A stretch of 64,000 nucleotides of DNA from the human T2T-CHM13v2.0 reference genome, Homo sapiens: assembly GCF_009914755.1 (NCBI RefSeq), contig NC_060944.1; one strand, written 5' to 3'. The notes beneath the pieces were generated by a model. That model saw only the letters and a program-made list of their open reading frames with translations, did no database searches and had not been told where the DNA came from. Made by a program: the position numbers and the translations under genes. Shown piece by piece: positions 55,743-64,000 of the stretch. Position 1 is the first letter of the stretch, and each line of letters begins with the position of its first letter.

Positions 55743-56945
55743 TTTTTTATTTTTTTAATAAAAAAATTGTATTTACTTAGAAGCATTCAGAATGTCAACA
55801 AAACAGCTGCAACTTTTTTTTTTTGCAATTACAGAGTGGTATTCAGTTAACAGAACAATTATTTCGTATAAGCTGCATCAGAGACAACTGAAGATGAAAA
55901 AACTACCATCCCCATATATAACTAATTTGTGCTGCGCACCAACAAGAACCTGCTTTAAATTTCCATGCCAATTTACAACCCCCATACTCTACCAGGCAAG
56001 GTTAGTGACTATTGAAAATACCACCAGGACAGGGCCATCTAAAGACACATTTGGTAGTGTATTAACCATACAAAAAACGACACTGTACAGTTTAAAAACA
56101 AATCTTACACAGCCTTACATTTCAATTTTTTTCTTTAAAAGGAGTGAGTTGTGTACAGGGGCGTTAAATGCTTTAAGACAAGAAAAAAAACTGCGCTAGA
56201 GCCAACTTATTCATCATCATCATCTTCTTCATCTTCTTCATCTTCCTCCTCCTCATCCTCTTCATCTTCCTCATCTTCCTCCTCTTCCTTCTTTTTCTTG
56301 CTTTTTTCAGCTTTGACAACTCCCTTTTTTGCTGCCTCAGGCTTTCCTTTAGCTTGATATGCAGCAATATCCTTTTCGTATTTTTCCTTCAGCTTCGCAG
56401 CCTTCTTTTCACCAGGCTGCTTGTCATCTGCAGCAGTGTTATTCCACATCTCTCCCAGTTTCTTCGCAACATCACCAATGGACAGGCCAGGATGTTCTCC
56501 TTTGATTTTTGGGTGATACTCAGAGCAGAACAGGAAGAAGGCCGAAGGAGGCCTCTTGGGTGCATTGGGATCCTTGAACTTCTTTTTTGTCTCCCCTTTG
56601 GGAGGGATATAGGTTTTCATTTGTCTTTCATAATGGGTCTTGTCCGCCTTTGCCATATCCTCAAATTTTCCTTTCTCTTTAGCAGACATGGTCTTCCACC
56701 TCTCTGAGCACTTGTTAGAAAACTCTGAGAAGTTGACTGAAGCATCTGAGTGCTTCTTCTTATGCTCCTCCCGACAAGTTTGCACAAAAAATGCATATGA
56801 TGACATTTTGCCTCTCGGCTTCTTAGGATCTCCTTTGCCCATGTTTAGTTATTTTTCTTCAGCGAGGCACAGAGTCGCCCAGTGCCCGTACGGCTCTCAC
56901 TTGCCCCGGCGCTGTCTCTATGGAGCTCAATGTACTGCAGTGGCT
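55743..56945 (-). pseudogene. HMGB1P1: Processed HMGB1 retrocopy (5'UTR + CDS + short 3'UTR + poly(A) remnant)
   Basis: Intronless HMGB1 sequence. 5'UTR-like 56843-56945 ends ...AAAAATAACTAAAC-ATG; 3'UTR runs 56206 to about 55757; T-rich tail remnant 55743-55756. Identical 15-bp TSD AACAGTACGATTTAT at 55728-55742 and 56946-56960. Symbol is from my recollection of the 211-aa HMGB1-like 1 sequence. Confidence 0.95.
56207..56842 (-). CDS. HMGB1P1: Intact 211-aa HMGB1-like ORF (HMG box A, HMG box B, 26-residue acidic tail); translation unproven
   Basis: ORF track [31 protein letters not shown]...EEDDDDE with no stop or frameshift; start context AAACATGG. Confidence refers to actual protein coding, not homology. 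Confidence 0.45.
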   Translation of the reverse strand: MGKGDPKKPRGKMSSYAFFVQTCREEHKKKHSDASVNFSEFSNKCSERWKTMSAKEKGKFEDMAKADKTHYERQMKTYIPPKGETKKKFKDPNAPKRPPSAFFLFCSEYHPKIKGEHPGLSIGDVAKKLGEMWNNTAADDKQPGEKKAAKLKEKYEKDIAAYQAKGKPEAAKKGVVKAEKSKKKKEEEEDEEDEEDEEEEDEEDEEDDDDE

Positions 56946-57408
56946 AACAGTACGATTTATAATAGCACTCTCCCCAAAGGAAAATCCATGACAAACTTTG
57001 ATACAGATCCAACATCTGTGCAAGATGTCTACGATAGATACAAAACAATGATGAAAGAAATCAAAGAAGGCCTAAATGATTGGAGGGATACACTCTTCTG
57101 TTCACGGATTGGGAGACTCAGTATTGTTAAAGTGTAAAATTCTTTCCAAATTGATCTATACATTCATTCCCCCAAAGATCTCAGCAACATTTTCTTTTTG
57201 CATAAATTCACAAGTGGATTTGAAAATTTAGATGGAAAGGCAAAGGATTCAGAATCACCAAAAACAACTTTAGAAAAGAAGAACAAAGCTGGAGGACTTG
57301 CATTATCTGAGTTTGAGGCTGACTATACGCTGTCAAGACAGCCTGGTTCTGATGAAGGACTAGCTTGGGAAAGAATGGAGCTACAACACCCACACATGTG
57401 GCCAATAC

Positions 57409-57700
57409 TTTTTTTTTTTTTTTTGAGACGAAGTCTCACTGTAGCCCAGGCTGGAGTGCAGTGGTGTGATCTTGGCTCACGACAACCTCCGCCTCCATGG
57501 CTCAAGCCATTCTTGTGCCTCAGCCTCTGAGGAGCAGGGACTACAGGTGTGCGCCACCACATCCAGATAATATTTTGTATTTTAGTAGAGATGAGGTTTC
57601 ACCATGTTGCCCAGCGTGGTCTCAAACTCCTGAGCTCAGGCGATCTGTCCTCCTCGGCTTCCCAAAGTGCTGGGATTACAGGCGTGAGCCACCGTGCCTG
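57409..57700 (-). mobile_element. Alu
   Basis: Full dimer within the old L1. Confidence 0.9.
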
Positions 57701-57975
57701 TCAATACATTTTAATACAGCTGCGAAGAGAAGTCAAGGGACAAGGGATAGTTTTTAAAATAGATGGTGCTAAAACAATACATCAACCATGTGTGGAAAAG
57801 CGAACCTTGATCCACACCTTGGGTCATAAGCGCTATTTGGCTCAAAAGGAATCACAGACTTAAATGTAAAACATAACATTATAAAACTTCCAGAAGTAAA
57901 CCTGGGAAAAGACCTTCGCGACCTTGAGTTATGCAAAAGATTTCTTAGATAATGACATCAAAAGAATGATTCATT

Positions 57976-58316
<341 letters not shown>

Positions 58317-58647
58317 TTAGACTTCATCAAAATTGAAAAAAAAATTTGCTGTTTGAAAGACACCATTACATGAATGAAAAGACAAGACACAGACTGGAAG
58401 AAAATATTTACAAAACATATGTCTGATAAAGAACTTGTGTCCAGAATACATAAATAACTCTCAAACAACCCAGAGTACAAAATGTCAAAAGCTATGAACA
58501 GGCACCTCACAGAAACCATCTGCAGATGGCAAATAAGCATGTGAAAAGATTTTCCAAATCATTGGCTATTAGTGAAATGCAAATTAAAACTGCAGTGAGA
58601 TTTCACTACATGAGTAGTAGAAAGGCTAAAATTAAAAACAAAAACAA

Positions 58648-59400
<753 letters not shown>

Positions 59401-59837
59401 TCAGAAGACGGTTTGGCAATTTCGTATAAACATACATCTACCTAGTGACTTAGAAATCTCACCCCTAGGTATTTGCCCAAGGGAAAGAAAAATGTCTGTT
59501 TACACAAAACCTGTATGCAAATGTTTATAATGGCTTAATTCATAAACCTCTCAAATTGGAAAGAAAGCCAACGTCCTTGAACTGGTGAATGATAAAGCAA
59601 TTGTGGAGCGATCAGACAATGGAATATCACTCAACAATCAAAAGAAAGGAACAGTGAGCCACCAAAGAGCAGGAAGAATCTTGAAGTCATTTGTTCAATG
59701 AAAAAAGCCACATGCAAATATATAGTGTAGGATTCCAGGTATGTGACATTCTGGAAAAGATAAAACTATATAGGACAATTGAAGCAAAATCCGGTGCTGG
59801 GGGCTGGGAGTAGGGGTAGTGCTTGACTACAAAGGAG

Positions 59838-60568
59838 TATTACAGAACCAAACTGGGGTCTGTTTGCCATAGTTAAACTGGACATTTACACCAAGGTTTC
59901 CAGTGATAGGAAGAAAGGTTTTTATTGTAGGGTGTCAAGTATGGAGAACTAGGCAGCTGAATGTTTAAATTCTGACCTCCCCGATGACTTGCAGGTAAGG
60001 ATTTTTAAAGGTGGGTGGAAAGTAACAGTTACAGGCAAAATTATAAATTAATATAGAAGGTTCTATTGTTGGTTGGTTTAGACTTAAAAGGGCCAGCATG
60101 TCTTCAAGTGTAGGCTTACAGGTTGTAGACAGATTCAAAGGTTTTCTGATTTGCAATTGGTTAAGGAAGAGAAGCTTTGTTTAACGATCTGGGGTCAGTA
60201 GAAAAATGTTCACTGGCTAGGGGGAGTGACCGCTTAGAACAAAGGATGATGAATAAAGATTAGTTTTTACTTTTCTTAAATTTGAGGTTTATGTGTCTGG
60301 ATCTGTCTGACGGGAGATCTTAGAGGGGTTCTGAGGTTTTGAACGACTCAGTAACATACGTTAAGGTGTGTCTTTGGGTTTTACAGGGAAAGTAAACATT
60401 TTGGGGACTTTAACTTTTTTAGTTATTGTCTTAGCTTATTATTTTGTTTTAGTAAGTTCTTTACTTTTGGGGCTAGCTAGGTGTCTGGATTTCTTTCTGA
60501 AGGAACTCAGGGCTTTTTATGTGTGGGGTCCACAGGCCCCTAAAAAGGGGATCCCTGTTCTAATTTTG
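59838..60568 (-). mobile_element. Solo ERV1 (MER4-group, MER50/MER72-like) LTR
   Basis: About 730 bp with 4-bp TSD GGAG (59834-59837 and 60569-60572). Minus-strand AATAAA at 59921-59926 and CCAAT near 60156. Motifs resemble MER4-group LTRs (GAGTTCCTTCA..CCAGACACCTAGCTAGCC). Confidence 0.75.
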
Positions 60569-61624
60569 GGAGCACAGTGGGATGCCTGGGGTGATGGAGG
60601 TGCCCCATGTCTTGGTTGAAGCGGTGATTACGTGACCATTCATTTGTCAAAACTCATAGATACTTAAAAGGGGGAATTTTACTGTATGTAAGTTATATCT
60701 CAGAAAAGTTTTTTAAAGACTTAAAAATATGTAAAACAATGCATTGTTGGAAAGTTGCACTAAGAAGAGTTCTGCTTTGCACTTCACTGAGCTCAAAAGC
60801 TGCGTGAGGAAACTCACTTCTGTTTGCCCAAGTGGAGGCCTCGCCTTCTCACGACTGATTTCTGATTCTTTATGGAATTAAAAAAACATATCTATCAGGA
60901 ACTATCTACCTGTCTGCATCCATCCATCCAAACGTCTGAAGTCATCCTACTCATGGCAATACATGGTAAGGCTAATTTTTAAAAAGCACCAGTTGCTCTT
61001 ATTTGGAAATGGGTCCGTATCACCAAAGGTGGAATATTACCCAGATATAAGACCAAACAAGCTCCAAACAAACTCTCAGAGTCAGACAGATGAGTTGATG
61101 AATCCTGCCCACACTCCACGTGACCGCGTCTGCCTCCAGGTGGAAGAGGAAACCGTGTAGTCAGGCCCCAAGTCTTCTTGCTGCCTCCCTCCCGTCCCCC
61201 GGGCCTTGCCTGGCCACTGCAAACCTGGGGTCTCGTTGGCTCCCCTCCCATGTCACCTGGGCATGCAATTGTGCTGGTCACTCCGTGGAGGAGGCCTGGC
61301 AAATTCCACAGCATGGGTCATGTGTCACTTCCAGAGGCTCTGGAACAAAGACTGGGTGACAGGCCAGCAGAGAGATGCTGAATTGCTCTTTTGGGTTGAA
61401 CCACCCAGAATAAAATGCTAAGGGCCTGGCTACTGAGAGAATCTCCGGTTTTTTGAACATCTGTGAAAGCAGGAGGTTAAGTCTGCAGTGCCTGAGGCTG
61501 CTTGCACCACTGCGCTCCCGCCTGAGTGACACAGCAAGACCCTATCTCAAACAAAAAAACTCTTTAATTGTGCCACAGTGGATGAAAGCTGGCTGCAGAG
61601 TTCATATAGAAAGGCTGCTAATAG

Positions 61625-61974
61625 CTCCTCTCAGCCTCCTGAGTAGCTAGGACCACAGTCACTTGTCACTGCACCCAGCTGATTTTTTAAATTTTTATTT
61701 TCTGTAGCAATGGGGTGTCCCTATGTTGCCCATGTTGGTCTTGAGCTCCTGGGCTCAAGCTATCCTCCTGCCTCTGCTCCCAAAGTGCTGGGTGCCTGGT
61801 CTCCATTAAGATTTTTTATTTTTTTGAGACAGGGTCTCATTCCGCTGCCCAGGCTGAAGTGCAGTGAGGTCATTAAGGCTCACTGTAGCCTCAACCTCCC
61901 TGGCTCAGGTGATCCTCCCACCTCAGCCCCCTGAGTAGCTAGGACTATAGGTGCATACCACCACATCTGGCTAA

Positions 61975-62041
<67 letters not shown>

Positions 62042-62172
62042 TTTTTTTTTTTGTAAAGACATGGTTTCACCATGTTGCCCAGACTGGTCTTTAACTCCTG
62101 GACTCAAGCAACCCTGCCCACCTTGGTCTTCCAAAGTGCTGGGATTACAGGCATGAGCCACCAGACCCAGCC
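61625..62172 (-). mobile_element. AluJ-like fragment plus AluJ-like dimer (61815-62172)
   Basis: J-type motifs; microsatellite in the linker. Confidence 0.85.
61977..62052. repeat. Compound microsatellite (TG)23(TA)9(T)12
   Basis: Read directly from the sequence; it lies in the central linker of a minus-strand Alu. Confidence 0.95.
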
Positions 62173-63339
62173 TAATTAAGTTTGTTGATGGCACTTTTTG
62201 TCCTGACAAAGCGCAGTGAGCATCCCATACAGTAATCTATCTGCCATGCACAGAAAAATAAACATATGCATCTTAAAATGCTAAATTATGCATACTTTAA
62301 AAGATAATGATTTAAAGGAACCAGGTTCATAATCACACCCATGCCTTGGAAATGGTTCAAAAGTTACTAAAAATAGCATAAACTAGGCTGCTTTAGGAAT
62401 TGGGGGCAGTGAACATGCAACCTGACTCTCTCTCACTTATCCATCGTGTTGAGGAGCATTTCACTCCTTAAACTTAAAATCTGTGTTTATCCGATACTGT
62501 CAATTAAAAATAAACTGCAGTGAAAGCATGAGGAGATGCGGAAAGTCGATTTGATAAGCCAAATGTCCCGAGGCTTGAATGGAACATATTTAAGCAGAAC
62601 TAACAATGCCCTTTAGTGACTAATAGTCATAAAGAATGCATTTACAGGGACTATTCAATGGTTATCAGAAAAAAAATTAAACATTTATACTGGAAATAAT
62701 ATCTGGAAAATATCTTGCCATTTTCAAAAGGTAGGCTGTCAAACTTTATCATATAAAATGACTTCAGTTTCATCACGCCCATCCAGCCTTTTCAGTGACT
62801 GATCTCAAACAATAGAGGCTGTTAACATGCATCAGCCAGGTCTTAGGTTTGTTTAAAAGCCATCCTTTATATAGTAAAACTGTTGTCAAACAATGTTGTA
62901 ATTTAAACACCCCCTCCCTGCAAAACAGAGATGTTACACTGTGCAAGAGGTGTACATTCCGGAATTATTTCCTGCTGGATCTCAAAACTATTTTAAGCAA
63001 AAGCATGTCACTCACCAAGCATTCACGAACTCAGAGCCAACTGGTGTCCTCACTCCCAGGTTTTGCAAAGGTCCCTTCTCTTCCTTGCCAAGGAAAAAAT
63101 GTTCTCGTTCTGTATCGCGGAATTAATAAAATCGCCAAGACTTTGCTATAACTTTCCGTGCTTCCTACTCTCGAATAGTGAACCTGTCTCAATATCGGAA
63201 AAGACAGAAGCGACTGCCCTCTTGCGGGCACTATTGTCACTGCATCTATTTTGGTATCAAAAGCACTAACTGCACTTGAGGACCAGGTGTTTCACCTTCT
63301 TGCCAGGTGTGGGTGAGAGTCACGCACGTAACTGAGTAG

Positions 63340-63831
<492 letters not shown>

Positions 63832-63844
63832 TAGTAAAATACAT

Positions 63845-64000
63845 GATATAGTTTGGATATTTGTCCCTGGCCAAAGCTCATGTTGAATTGTAATCCCCAG
63901 TGTTGGAGGTGGGGCCTGGTAGGAGGTGACTGGATCACGGGGGCGGTTTCTTAGGAATGATTTAGCACCATCCGCTTGGTGCTGTCCTCATGACAGTGGC
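63845..64000 (+). mobile_element. MST (MaLR) LTR 5' part, running off the window
   Basis: TGATATAGTTTGGATATTTGTCCC...AATTGTAATCCCCAGTGTTGGAGGTGGGGCCTGGT. Confidence 0.85.

Noticed and set aside
53206-55780. ORFs with L1 ORF2 similarity as an active retrotransposon
   Set aside because: The element is fragmented, frameshifted and partly inverted; the host RT motif is mutated (FADG); there is no ORF1 or 5'UTR.
55792-57137. Plus-strand ORFs overlapping the HMGB1 retrocopy
   Set aside because: These are antisense shadows of the HMGB1 CDS/UTR fused to L1 remnants.

Overview
Primate (almost certainly human) intergenic DNA: GC-rich, with about 30 Alus and many MIR, L2, L1, MaLR/ERV LTR and DNA-transposon remnants. 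There is no spliced protein-coding exon, rRNA, tRNA or CRISPR array that I can support. The only real protein-like ORF is an intronless HMGB1 retrocopy on the minus strand (56207-56842, 211 aa). It retains the HMGB1 5'UTR, 3'UTR and poly(A) remnant and has a 15-bp target-site duplication (TSD). Its protein matches my recollection of HMGB1P1/HMG1L1, which would place the window on 20q13.3 between RBM38 and CTCFL; that placement is from memory and unverified. The most interesting observations are: (1) a MIR-derived 18-bp minisatellite carrying 12 tandem TCAAGGTCA-type ERR/NR5A sites; (2) a solo ERV1-type LTR with an extreme strand-specific lack of GG, suggesting APOBEC3 hypermutation; (3) a 94/95-identical inverted copy of an LTR fragment 2.4 kb from its partner; (4) a twin-primed, 5'-inverted L1PB with a perfect TSD; and (5) an old L1 that hosts seven nested insertions. 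Repeat subfamily names are by eye against remembered consensus sequences. Repeat boundaries are approximate unless a TSD is given.
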